From: Octopus sinensis
Taxonomy: Eukaryota
Direction of reading: 5' to 3'
Assembly (NCBI RefSeq): GCF_006345805.1
Contig: NC_043002.1
Span: 77,004,001-77,068,000, forward strand
Length of the DNA: 64,000 bases
This document shows, piece by piece, positions 10,649-23,959 of this stretch (the first letter of the stretch is position 1; every line of letters begins with the position of its first letter). Below the pieces are notes generated by a model. That model ran no database searches, was not told where the DNA came from, and saw nothing but the letters and a program-made list of their open reading frames with translations. The translations under genes and the position numbers were made by a program.

Positions 10649-11214
10649 TTGCCATTTAAATCTCACTCATAGTGCAAAATGTTATCCATGTTCTCTACTT
10701 GCTGCCATAGTCTACCTAATTCTTCAAGAACTTTTCTGTTGTCAGTAGTTTGTTGTTCAACAACCAGGTGAAAAATCCAAATCATATATTTATTTATAAA
10801 GATACAAATGAGAGTATTTTTATGTGTGTGAGTGTGTACGTGAGAGTGTGAATACATCTGTGCTTGTGAAAGAGAGTGTGTGTACACTGTTAAGTGGCAG
10901 TAATTAAATTTTCAGCTGAGTCTGAAATGCAGGATCAATTCACAGCTGAGCCTTTTCACTTTATTTTACTTACACCTCATACCTTTGTTTGAAATCATTT
11001 TCAATAACCTGGAATAAGATGTGCTCTACTAAGCTGTCTCTTTTTTTTTTTTGTTTTTTTTTTGTTTTGGAGGTATTTCATGAAGACAAAATCTTCAGCA
11101 GTGGCCAAAGAATTACAGGGCATTTTCACTACATTGTTACCTTGGGTAACTTGTTTACTGATGATACCTTGGGTTAAACAATGCTTTTTGAGTGGAATTT
11201 AGTAGAAGAAAACT

Positions 11215-11455
11215 GTGCAGGCATGGCCATTTGGTTAAGAAGTTCATTTTTCAAGTATGCAGTCTCAAGTTCAGTCTCACTGCATGGAACCTTATACAAG
11301 TGTCTTCTACTATTGTCCTGGGTTGACTAAAGCTTTGTGAGTGAATTTGATAGATGGAGACTGAAAGAAGCTCATCATATATGTTATGCATAACATGTAT
11401 GTGAGTATGTGTGTGCATGCATGTGTGTGTCTCTGTTTGTATACATTTGTGCTTC
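11215..11455 (+). mobile_element. SINE family A, diverged partial
   Basis: CAAGTGTCTTCTACTAT and ACTGAAAGAAGC family motifs. Confidence 0.7.
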
Positions 11456-11685
11456 TTAGAAACTTGCAAGCTAAAAGTGGTGATATTATTGTCAATTCTT
11501 CTGTCAGCAAATTGTTTGATGGCTTTGAGCTTTTGAAGATCTGTGAAATGAAAGAACCTTTACTTTGAAAACAGTGAGGGTTAGTGACAAGAAGGGCATC
11601 TGGCAGTAAAAAGAATGCCTCTATAATATACTTGTGTAACTCATGTTAGCATGGAGAAAAGGCTGTAAAAATGAACAATATACAT

Positions 11686-11938
11686 CCCAACCACATGGTT
11701 CCAGGTTCAGTCCCATTGCATGATTCCTTGGGCAAGTGTCTTCTACTATAGCCTTAGGTCAACCAAAACCTTGTGAGAGGATTTGGTTGTAGTATATGTC
11801 ATCATCATCATCATCATCATCATTTATGTATGTGTCTGTGTTTGTCTCCTATCAATGCTTGACACCAAGTGTTGGTGTGTTTGCGTTTCTGTAACTTAGC
11901 CATTCAATAAATAGGGAGTGATAAAATAAGTATCAGAA
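11686..11938 (+). mobile_element. SINE family A, partial
   Basis: CCAACCACATGGTTCCAGGTTCAGTCCC ... GGGCAAGTGTCTTCTACTATAGCC. Confidence 0.8.
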
Positions 11939-12249
11939 TGAAATAGCTACTTATGCTGATATGATTGCAACTAACCAAAGAAAAAAAAAAGAAAAGAAAA
12001 AGAAAACAGAAAAGACTATTGTAGGTTGTGCACCAGCATGGCTGAATCCAATGATTGAAACCAGTAAAATCATAAAATATTGCATAAAAGGAATATCTAG
12101 GCCAACATCTATGGTAACACATGTATGTAATGATATTTTCCTTTGCAAACACTCTTAAGGTCAGACAAATGATAAAACCATTGATACAGAAGAAAGAAAT
12201 GTATGAATATGCAGAAGTTAGCTGACTAGAAAGACTATAAAGATCAACA

Positions 12250-12331
12250 GCAATAATAATAATGATGATGATGATAATAATAATAATAATAACAATAATA
12301 ATAATAATAATAATAATAAAAAGGATAATAA

Positions 12332-12362
<31 letters not shown>

Positions 12363-12390
12363 ATGGATAATAATAATAATAATAATAAGG

Positions 12391-12441
<51 letters not shown>

Positions 12442-12482
12442 TAATAATAATAATAAAAAGGATAATAATAATAATAAAAATA

Positions 12483-12524
<42 letters not shown>

Positions 12525-12557
12525 GGATAATAATAATAATAAAAATAAGGATAATAA

Positions 12558-12588
<31 letters not shown>

Positions 12589-12617
12589 AATAACAACAAT
12601 AATAATAATAAGGATAA

Positions 12618-12677
<60 letters not shown>

Positions 12678-12720
12678 CAATAATGATGATGATGATAATA
12701 ATGATAATGATGATGATAAA
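12250..12720. repeat. Long interrupted (AAT)n array
   Basis: About 470 bp of AAT with AAAGGAT/AAAAT interruptions; source of the 258-aa poly-L/I ORF. Confidence 0.95.
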
Positions 12721-12752
12721 ACTGAGGATTGAGAGATTTACACTTTATTCAT

Positions 12753-12783
<31 letters not shown>

Positions 12784-13244
12784 TTTGCTTCCTTCATTGC
12801 TCCTAAGAGTGTTGTCAACACCATGCTTATTGCATAGCTTTACTTTGTGAAATGTGTGAAAAGATGAATTGTTAAGTTGCAGTGAACTGGTCAAATTTGT
12901 GGCATATTTACTGTGTACTACAATTGTAAGGGAAATCATGTGTAAAATTGAGAATAAGGCTTGTAAATAATCGAAGATGCCAGAAAGCACGTATTAAGCA
13001 ATCAATAAACATATCTTACTATTTTATATGCACACACACACACACACACACACACACGATTTTAGCTCAAAGCAAATTATCTTTATAGTTCTTAGTATTT
13101 GGATTTTCTGTTTGAACAGGAGTGTGTATATCTATCTATATATCTATATTTGTATGCAGAGAGGAGTGTGTAAATGTACTTATATCTATGTCTAGTATGG
13201 TAATTTATATGCATGTACTCAGACACAAATACACACACATGTAT

Positions 13245-13284
<40 letters not shown>

Positions 13285-13595
13285 AAGTCAATCTAATGTA
13301 AAGCAATACAATCTAATAATAGTAGCTCTTGGATGGATATGTTAGTAAACCTGATAACTGATAAAATGTGAAAAGAATGATAAAGAAGAGTATCCATAAC
13401 CCTATTTGCAATTGATGAGCAACTACTTATCATGCATGTTAAAACCTGTCTATAAATATAGAAAGCGGTGTGTATACGAGAGCTTTGGCTGAATTGGTAA
13501 CAGAATCAGGAATAAGAGATTAAAGTTGTATTTATGCATTAGCAGCAGAAAAAGATAACACAGTGTTCTTCTGTTGGTACTTGAAATTATAATAT

Positions 13596-13845
13596 TTTTA
13601 CTCTTTTACTTGTTTTACTTGTTTCAGTCATTTGACTGCGGCCATGCTGGAGCACCGCTTTTAGTCGAGCGAATCGACCCCCCCCCCGAATTTATTCTTT
13701 GTAAGCCTAGTACTTACATTATCAATCTCTTTTGCCAAACTGCTAAGTTACGGGGACGTAAACATACCAGCATTGGTTGTCAAGCAATGTTGGGAGGACA
13801 CAGATACACAAACATATACACACACATACATATATACATATATGT

Positions 13846-13880
<35 letters not shown>

Positions 13881-13886
13881 TATATA

Positions 13887-13932
<46 letters not shown>

Positions 13933-14102
13933 TATATACGATGGGCTTCTTTCAGTTTCCATCTGCCAAATCCACTCACAAGAACTTTGGTCAGCCTGAG
14001 GCTATAGTAGAAGACACTTGCCCAAGGTGCCATGCAGTGGGACTGAACCCAGCACCATGTGGTTGGTAAGCAAGCTACTTAACACACAGCCAATCCTGTG
14101 CC
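13596..14102 (-). mobile_element. SINE family A with expanded (TA)n core
   Basis: Family A tail, body and head in reverse; (TA)n at about 13845-13935. Confidence 0.92.
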
Positions 14103-14608
14103 TTTTGTTCATCTTTAATCAGAGTTTCGTTTATAACAGCTTAAAGGGGTATGGCTGCTCGCTGCATTTGATGTTTTCACCCTTCACCATAATTTATAAA
14201 TACTAAAATAAATGTTAGCTCAAATAGCCAAATTCTTGGACTAAACATTGTCACTGCTCATTGAGGGCAAAGTGATTCTTACATTTGGTTTGGATCTTGA
14301 AAGAGTAAAAAAAATTCCAGATAGATTGTCACTCAATCTACATGTGGCAACCATATCATCATCAACATCATCATCATTATCATCATCTCACTAGCACATT
14401 TCTTTCAGTTCTCCTTCAACAGTTCCATGTCAAGTGTTCTTTGACCACCCAGGCTTTCACTTCTCCAGGTGATGGCCATCTTAATGCTTCATTAGTTATC
14501 TTGTTCTGGTCCATTATTAGTAAACCTATTGAAAGATGTTGTTGATCATCTATCTACCTCAGTGATCTTGGTTTACTCAAGCAGCACTAATAAGAGCTGT
14601 CTAGCTGT

Positions 14609-14642
<34 letters not shown>

Positions 14643-15764
14643 TTCACATGACAAGCCAACAAAGGACTCCCTACAGGTCATTCAATCTACTAGAAATAAC
14701 AGCTACATTTCCTATAACATGTTAAGTGCCACGGCCTGTTACTAGAATTTTCTGGTGATGCCACATATTTTGCACAATCATACTCTTACTGTTTAATTAC
14801 AAGGAAATATAATATTGTTTTTGCATTTTTGCAATATTTCATAATTAAACTTTAATAGTTAGCATTCATGTTATTTAAATATCCTTGAAACCATGTCAAA
14901 GATACAGAGTAAAAATATTTTCTCAAATCATGAAAATGTACCCCCAGTGGTACACAACGGTTGTGTGAAGTTTGCAATGACTCACCAGTGGTGGTTAACA
15001 TGTTCAAATCACATACTACTTTAAATGATATATCTAAGACTCTATTGAACACTATGATATTAGATATAGGATACATAAAAAACACACCACAAGCTGGTCA
15101 TAGAATGCTTTTTTTAATGCTTTTCATAAATTTACATTTAGGGCTGATTTAAACTACATCACTAACAATATCATCAAGCTACTAATGGTATGTTAGTATT
15201 ATCATAATCTTTTGTGAATGTCAAATAGTTAGCAATCATACTTCTGTCCCATATAATTCTATCTCTTTCAAACAGTTTTCCTGACTTGTTTGTGGCAAAT
15301 GTTTAACAGGAAATGATAGTCTCTTGAAATGGAAGGCAAAGGCAATAGATCTTTAGGTGCCTGCTTTGCACTTGTTTCTATGGCCTATTTTGCTGTACTC
15401 TTCCTCACATTCTAGAAAAATTACATGCTTCATATTTGTTCTATGGATTCTTGTCACAACTGATAGCATTCCATCTAGCAAGATTTGTCTTCCTAATACA
15501 CCTGTTTCTCTTTAATTTTAATGTTGTATGGTTGTGCAGAAAAAAAAATAATAATAAATAAATAAAATAAAAAAACTAACATAATAAATGAAAGAGGATA
15601 TCTGAACTCCACAAGCTCTAATTCAGGTAACCCATTTAGGAGAAGGCTAACTCTGAATAAAAACACCAATACATAATAAAAGGCACTCTCTAGTTGTCTT
15701 GCGGCAGACAACATCCCTAACGCCAATGGCTTGATAAAATGTACCAAGTCTATACTGTAAAATG

Positions 15765-15950
15765 GTTGGTGTTAGAAAGGACATCCAGCTATAAAAACCA
15801 CACCAAAATGGAGGACATACAAAACAAAGATGGGCAGTTTTCTTTTTGTTATGTATACCAGATGATGAAGTATCATGATGTTTGTCCTAAAATAATGTGA
15901 GAACTGCTCAACCCATGAAAGCATGGAAAAGCAGATATAAAGTTCTGATG
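15765..15950 (+). mobile_element. Family C retroposon 3' end (LINE-tail-like)
   Basis: GGTTGGTGTTAGAAAGGACATCCAGCT ... ACCCATGAAAGCATGGAAAAGCAGA matches the reverse of 62433-62665. Confidence 0.7.
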
Positions 15951-17606
15951 ACTTATAAATGTAGTGCTTAAAAGACTGTAGATAAACGATATGTGTGTGT
16001 ATATATATATCACAATTATTGAGCAAACTGTGTAAAGAGGTATTGAGATAAAGGCTAATGGGAGCTTGGAAAGAGAGAGCTGTGAGTAGATAACGAGTTC
16101 GAAAGAAAACATAATACTGCATTAAATATGGGTGCATTTGAGTTGAAAAAGAAATGTGGATAAAAGAAAGTAAAAGTTAACAGTGTAATAGCAAATATAA
16201 AGAGATTTGCATGGTTATCAAAAATAAATGAAACAAAAAAAATTAAGAGCTTTAATTTCATAATCAAGATGGATAAAACAATCTTTAAATTATAATTTAA
16301 ATAATTTCTCCATATTGAAAAATATAATAATGTGAAGGAAAATGATAAAAATAAAAGAAGTGTACATGTCACTCCATTTTTTAACATGTTTTAATTAAGG
16401 AAGTAATGTGTAAAAAAAAGTTTAGCAATAAAACCATATTACAGTATTAAAGAAATGAAGAACTTATGTAGAACAAGAACTGTCTATACCTGCAAAGTAA
16501 GCTAATTATGAGAAGAACTTTTATAATTGAGTAGTGTTATAACATTTTGCTGTTTCATTAATTCAATTGATATTGTGATTCTGAACTAGGTATGTGAAAT
16601 TTCAGTTTTAAGCTTAGAGCTGGCATATGTTTGAAATTTCTAAAATTCAAATGAGAAAAAAATTATATTTGAATATTGTATAAAGCCTATTATTAAGTCA
16701 CACTTGGAGATGAAGTTTTAGTTGTGAATGATCAACAGCTGAGCTATGAAAATAGGCCACACACACGAACACACACCACACACACACACACCACACATAC
16801 CACACACAAATCACACATGCACCACACATACAGCACACACACACACACACACTATGCACCATACACATACACCACGCACACACAGAGTCTATTTTATTCA
16901 TAAGATTATCTTGTTTATCAGCCTTATCTTAATACCGTATCTTATCAAATAAAGATCCAATCTGCTTTCTTTTATATTTATGACAATAAATTTCCATTCC
17001 AGTATTAATTAGGTCATCTAAGAAAATGAAGTTACCTGCCGAGTCAGAAAATCATTACTGTAGCTTCTAAAATGTGTTACTTCTGGATAATATATCTGAA
17101 ATATCACTATCATTTTGTATGTATAACACTGGCCATACACAATCTGTTTGAAAAGTTAGCCAAATCTTCGAATTACACTTTAATGTATGAAAATGATGAC
17201 GGAGATACAAGCCGGAATGCTACTGGTCATAAGTTTACTCATTCAGGGCTAACCTGAGGCTAAACAATTAACATATGATATTCTTAGTTGTCATAAAATA
17301 TAGCGAATTTCTTTGACCAGTAAATAGATATCAATTATATTTTATGCTCAACTCTGGCCTTCAATACAACAAGAAGCTATTTATATACGTTATTTAAGAA
17401 ATGACTCACAAATCTTAATAGTTCTCTTACACACTGTATATACCAACTTGGAATTGGATATTAGGTGAGGTTGCTCTCTGAAACAACCTATTAAAGCTAT
17501 TAAGTAATGGACTTAAGGAACCTTAAATTTGAGCATTCTTCTGATAAGTGAAAAAAAAAATCAGCAGTTACAGGATATGATTCTCAGTTTGTGTATGTGT
17601 GTGTGT

Positions 17607-17651
<45 letters not shown>

Positions 17652-17855
17652 AGTGTGTGTGTGACGGGTGTCTCCTGTGTGAATGCAACATGTGCTTATG
17701 TAAGCAACAACAAATAACAAAATTCAGTTTTAATATAAACCTTTCATTTGTATGAGAGACAGCTGTACATGCTATACATGGTATAGGTAACCTACTTCAG
17801 TTCCTTGATTTTGATTTTCAAAATTGCATGGTCTGATTAAGAACCTGAAGCCACC

Positions 17856-17898
<43 letters not shown>

Positions 17899-17992
17899 CT
17901 TCTTCATTGGATAACCAGATTCCATTAGTTTCATGCTGAGAGAGATATATCTCAACAATTATTCAAATCTGTCATAGGACTTTTGGTGATCA

Positions 17993-18045
17993 TCTTCATC
18001 TGGGATATATATATATATATTATATATATATATCCAAGATGAAGA
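17993..18045. repeat. Inverted repeat with 13-bp unique arms around a (TA)n core
   Basis: TCTTCATCTGGGA ... TCCAAGATGAAGA (12/13 complementary) flanking a self-complementary TA run. Confidence 0.85.
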
Positions 18046-19029
18046 CACATGAATGCGTGCTAACATTTCTGCTAACATTTCTGCCAGCTCGGGTGCAATA
18101 TCTGTGCTGAAATGAGGAGAAACAAGTCAAATGAGTCAGATATGCCTGAGTACAGATAGCATCTCTTGAACTTGTGGTAGGAAAAGTAAAGTGAAGACGA
18201 CACTTTGGTGTGCTAAAAATTGGAGAGTGTTAATGTATAGCTTCTTGCCAGTCAGGTGGGTAGCCTCTCTATTTATTTATTTATTCATTCATTTATTTTT
18301 ATTCATTTATCTATTTATTTATTTATGTATTTGGGGATGGGAGATGTAGTCTAGGATGATTGTATGTGTAAGCAGCAGCAAAATTCCACTTGAGGGAGCA
18401 ATATTCCTTTGTGGGATTCACTTGAGCTTTGTATAGGGTTAAAGTAAATAGCAGTAAACTAAAATAGAAGTTAACCCAAGAGTTAAATTGCTTTATTTAC
18501 TTAAGATGTTATATTTGTTACATTTAGACAATTACTGTTAAAAATACAATGATGTAACTTATTGATTGGCTTCTTGCTATTCAAAATACTTGCCAGTTAA
18601 CATTAGTGTTTTGTGATGATTGTGTTACAATGGAAAATTAATTTGCAAGATGCATCAGAGAAAAATGAAAAATTGAATATTTTTGGAATATTGAATATTT
18701 TATAGCTATTTTGTCTGCTAAATGTTGTTAAAACGTTATTGGTTGTTGGCTAGAAGTCACACAAGTGGTGTATTATGATGCATTCTCCAATTCTTTGTTT
18801 GGTTTGCTTAAATTATTGCAGTTCTAGTTATGGTAGAACACTGCCACAGGTTACTGAAGATATTTATTGTATCTTTACTTTTTTTTAACTAATTATATTT
18901 TTAATTCTTGCTTTTAGCCTCAGGTCAGCTCTGTTTCAATGATTTTGATGTTGGATTAATTCATATTATTTTGCTGGGTTTTGCTGTACTGTTGTTACTA
19001 GTTGTATGGGGAGAGGGAGAGGGAATTGG

Positions 19030-19260
19030 CAAGGCTCAGTAGAGTAGTAAACAAAATAAATGCTTGCAGTGTATTTAGTTATGCTTTTTCACATTCTAAT
19101 TTCAAATCCTGCCGAAGTAAACTCTACCTTTCATTCTTCTGGAGTTGATGAAAATACATAAGTACCAATGAAATACTAAGGATCAATATAATCATTTATA
19201 CTCTCCTCCACAATCTGAGAGTTTGAGAGTTTTCTCTTTGTATGGTGGAATAGATAATGT
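19030..19260 (+). mobile_element. SINE family B, diverged
   Basis: TTCAAATCCTGCCGAAGTAAACTCTACCTTTCATTC core. Confidence 0.65.
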
Positions 19261-20990
19261 ATTGTCCTATTTAATAATGGTCATTTATATTACTTAATTA
19301 ACTTAATCTTTCATCCTTTCAGGATTAATAAAATAAAGAGCAAGTTGTTCTTGTTCTTTAAACATAGATCAGTTTTGACCAACAGACCTATAATCAAAGA
19401 CATTCCAGCCATTATCATCTGTTTTTTTTCCTATGTGCAGATAACATAGGACTATATTTAGGATAGTAGAATGAGATTTGAAGCAAATTTGGATTCTATA
19501 TGTAGCAAACTAAGCAATCGTGTAGAGGCTTCCTTGCTGGCATGATAAAGTACCAGTCAACTACTGGAGTAAATTTAACCAACAGTACTGTCCCCAACAC
19601 TGTGTAGGCCTGGATTCATCTTAATAATACTCATTTGTACTTAATTCTGTAGTTTCATTTAGGTCTCATCCCCACTCCCTATGGTTGATATAATGTATAC
19701 CAGTAACATTTTGAGGTTGATTTCAATTAGTTATAATCTCTACAGATATACTGTCTCAGATTTTGGCCTGTGGCCAGCAATTTTAAGGAATTCATATTGT
19801 CTGCTTATGTTGGGATGTGTAAAGAAATGTCACTGAAATATGCACATATTTGGTGCATGCAAACCCTATACAATCAAAAGGATGTGTTATAGTACTATTC
19901 CACAGCCATACCAACAATCCAATAATACTAATCCACATATACAAAAACAGCCATACCAACAATCCAACATGCCTTCATCATCAGCTGCCTCATGGATATC
20001 ATTATGGTTTCAACACCTGGGCAAGTGCCATTCCATCTGGCGGTGTCAATACCACTAAAATAAGTGTTGTTTGGGAACAAACAAACCAAAGAAACCATAA
20101 CTTTCAAACACATTTACCTAATGTACAACCGTATCGATAAATAAATTCCATATGTAAATTACAACAACTCCTAAATACGTAACTAAACAGTGACAACTCT
20201 ATTAAGCCATTATAATTCCTATTGTCTTCCATAGAGTAATTTTAATGTGGTTGTAAATTTTAAATTTGATAAAAGATAATCACTATTATAATTTTAAAAT
20301 CCCCTTTCCTCTGCTTGCATGGGCCAAATGGAGTTTATTGAAGCAGATATGCTACAGCTGGATGCACTTCCTGTCACCAACCCTCCACAGTTTCCAAGCA
20401 AGGTAATATTTCCTTGTGGTCAGACATATTTTCAGAGAGTATTGGCAATGAATGACATTCATTTACATTTTGCGATGTCAAGACAAGAAAGTACAAGAAC
20501 ACAGAACCCACACACACACACACGTACACACACACACGTACACACACACACAATGGGCTTCTTTTAGTTTCTGTCTACCAAATCCACTCACAAGGTTTTG
20601 GTCAGCCAGGAGTAATACTAGAAGACACTTGCCCAAGGGTGCAACACTGTGTGACTGAACCTGAAACTATGTAGCTACAAAGTCGGCTCCTTAATGACAG
20701 CCCTTTCTGCACCTATTATTAAATATTGATTTCTTTTGGTGGGGCACAGTGCCAGTGTTTGTAATGAAGGGGACTTAATTAACCCCAATTAATTGCTGGT
20801 AATTAAGTGCTGCAACATAGAAAAGAAATAACAGGATGAAAGGCAGTGTGCGCTTTGGCAGGGTTATAACTTGAAAGTAAAAGGTTCAAACTAAGTATAA
20901 AATATTCAATCTGGTGTCTTATCATTTCTATTCACTGATCACCATTTTAAATATTAATTTTATATTAGTTTAACATTCTATATATATTAT

Positions 20991-21380
20991 ACTCTTACTC
21001 TCTACTCTTTTATTTGTTTCAGTCATTTGACTGTGGCCATGCTGGAGCACCGCTTTTAGTTGAGCAAATTGACCCCAGGACTTATTCTTTGTAAGCCTAG
21101 TACTTATTCTATCGGTCTCTTTTGCCGAACCGCTAAGTTACGGGGACGTAAACACATCAGCATCGGTTGTCAAGCGATGTTGGGTGGACAAACACACACA
21201 CACACATATATATACATATACGATGGGCTTCTTTCAGTTTCCATCTACCAAATCCACTCACAAGGCTTTGGTCAGCCCGAGGCCATAGTAGAAGACACTC
21301 GCTCAAGGTGTCACGCAGTGGGACTGAACCCAGAAGTGTGTGGTTGGTAAGCAAGCTACTTACCACACAGCCACTCCTGT
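20991..21380 (-). mobile_element. SINE family A, full length
   Basis: High identity to other family A copies, with intact boxes. Confidence 0.92.
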
Positions 21381-21908
21381 AACATTCTATATATATTATA
21401 TAAATTATATAATTCTATTTTGTCTGTCTTAAAATATCTTTATATATTATCATTGCCACGACTACCATCATTTATATACCATTATCACTGCTACATCACT
21501 ATTGTCCTCATAAATTTAACATCTATGCTTCATGCAAATTGTAGTTCAATGTATATATCAATATGTGAATCCTTTCACGTGTGAAGTCTTTGTAAGTTTT
21601 GATCTAATTTTCTTGTTTGAGGCTTCTTGAAATGTATGTCATCCATTGATTAATAATATATTCATGAAAGAGTGACTACATGGCTGTAGTGTGATAGTGT
21701 GAGGAAGAAAGTTAGTGTACATAGCACTCCCAATCTTCTTAGTCTTCTTAGTCAGGAAGATTAGTGCAGTTAATATTCCATTTAAACTATTCAATATTGG
21801 TGGTATAAAGAAGAGTTCCTGAAGGATATAGTTCTAGAAAATAAGGCCTGGATGTTCGGGGCTGTAAAAGTAATCTTAAATGCATGGCTATACCTGTGAC
21901 TGTATATA

Positions 21909-22165
21909 TCGTCATCATCATCATTATCATTTAACATCCGTTGTCCATGTTGGCATGGATTGGACAGTTTGACTAGGGCTAGCAAGCTGGAAGGCTGCAC
22001 CAGACTCTAGTCAGATTTGGCATTGTTTCTATGACTGAATGCCCTTCCAAACACCAACTACTCCTAGAGTGTAATGGGTGTTTTTACATGCCAGTAACGT
22101 GTCACCAGCATCGGCCACAACTACAATTTCACTTGGCTCGACAGGTCTTCTCAAGCACAGCATGT
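21909..22165 (-). mobile_element. Family C retroposon with (GAT)n tail
   Basis: (TCA)n then TTTAACATCCGTTGTCCATGTTGGCATGG ... GAATGCCCTTCC; same family as 48650 and 62433. Confidence 0.8.
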
Positions 22166-22430
22166 CATATATGTATGTGTGTATATATCTCGTTGAAATT
22201 TACAAAAAACAAAACAAAAGACAAAGATGGGTGTGTAAACAACGAACAGATGTATTAGTTTAATGCTTGGGAAGTGAGACAGTCTTTTACGTTTCGAGCT
22301 TACGGTCTTCAACAGAAAGGAACACAGAAATAAGCAGAGAGAGGAAATAAAAAAGGTTTAGTAGCTAGCAATCAATCATGGCGAATATATATATATATAG
22401 AGAGAGAGAAAGAGAGAGAGAGAGCTATAT

Positions 22431-22880
22431 AGGTGCAGGCATGGCTGTGTGGTAAGAAGCTTGCTTCCTAATCAATCACATGTTTCCAGGTTCAGTCCCA
22501 CTGTTTGGCAACTTTGGTAAGTATCTTCTACTATCAAAGCCTTGTGTGTGGATTTTGGTAGATGGAAACTGAAAGAAGCCCATCATATATATATGTGTGC
22601 ATGTGTGTTTGTGTGTGTGTTTGTGTGTGTGTATGTGTGTGTGTGTGAGTGTGTGTGAGTGTGTGTCTTTGTGTCTGTGTTTGATCCCCACCACCACCAG
22701 CACTTGGCAAATGGTGCTGGTGTGTTTATGTCCCTGTAACTTAGCAGTTTAGCAATAGAGACCAATAGAATAAGTACAAGGCTTAAGCAAAAAAAAAAGG
22801 GTCGATTTATTTGACTAAAAATTAAAGGCAGTCCCTCAGCATGACTGCAGTCTATGTTTGAAGCAAGTAGATGATATAAA
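22431..22880 (+). mobile_element. SINE family A
   Basis: AGGTGCAGGCATGGCTGTGTGGTAAG head, internal TG repeat, family tail. Confidence 0.88.
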
Positions 22881-23821
22881 AAAAACAAGTATAAATAAAA
22901 CAGAACATCAGTATTCTGAAACAGGAGACAAATGCACTTCTCTAGATGTGGCAGCTGCACCACTATTGGAGTGGGGGAGAGGTCAGTCATAAGCTTGGCA
23001 ACAGAAGCTGTGAGGTTGGTCTTCAGAATCTTCTGCAGTAGACATTAAAGGGCTTTGTTATATAAGTATTGTTTGAATGAGGCATTGTGTGACAGAGTGG
23101 TTAAGGTTTGTTAAAAATCCAGTACAATGCATATTGGAAATAAAAGAGTGAAAACAGAAATAGGGAAGATAAAAATGGTACTTTATCATATATTGTGATA
23201 TTTTGGATTAAAATTTCTTTTCAAGAAAAATTTTTTTTTTTTAATAAAAAAACAATGGAGAATGAAGTGTGGCATTAAGCTGATATCTTTTGCTCAGATA
23301 TGTGGAAGAGAGCTGCAATATGCACAGATGTGGTTTTGTTGTTATAACCAATCTGCTTTGTGCAGTTCACAGAACTAACGAGGTCATGCTCATTAATAAA
23401 GTGAAACCATCCATTAACAAAAAAAAAAAGAAACCAACTGCCTGTCTGCCATACTAATACTTTTATGTACAAGCAGCACCTTCTTCTTGTATATCTGGCC
23501 AAAAGATACCTAGCGTGACACCTTCCTTCATTTTCTGTTCACAAAGAACTGCCTTAATCACAAAATATCGAAATATATGGTATGTGTAAAATTTTTTGTT
23601 CCTTTTGTTTTCACTCCTTTGAGTCTGTGCATGTATGTGTTTATATATGTATCTATGTGTGTATGTATGTGTGTGTGTGTGACTTGTTATGGTTATCTCT
23701 ACAGATTTTCTATAGAAATTATAACCAATAACCAATACTAAGTTTGTTACAACATTTTGAATCTGTGATGCCTGATGCAATATGGCTGCATAGCGAAATG
23801 CAGTGTCCTTACAGGTCATTC

Positions 23822-23959
<138 letters not shown>

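Noticed and set aside
11904-12680. Longest ORF (258 aa, minus strand)
   Set aside because: Poly-L/I/Y translation of the (ATT)n array; ATT repeats lack stops in two frames
14700-15750. Possible decayed transposase or DNA-element relics
   Set aside because: No recognisable motif, TIR or second copy in the window; cannot be supported without a database search
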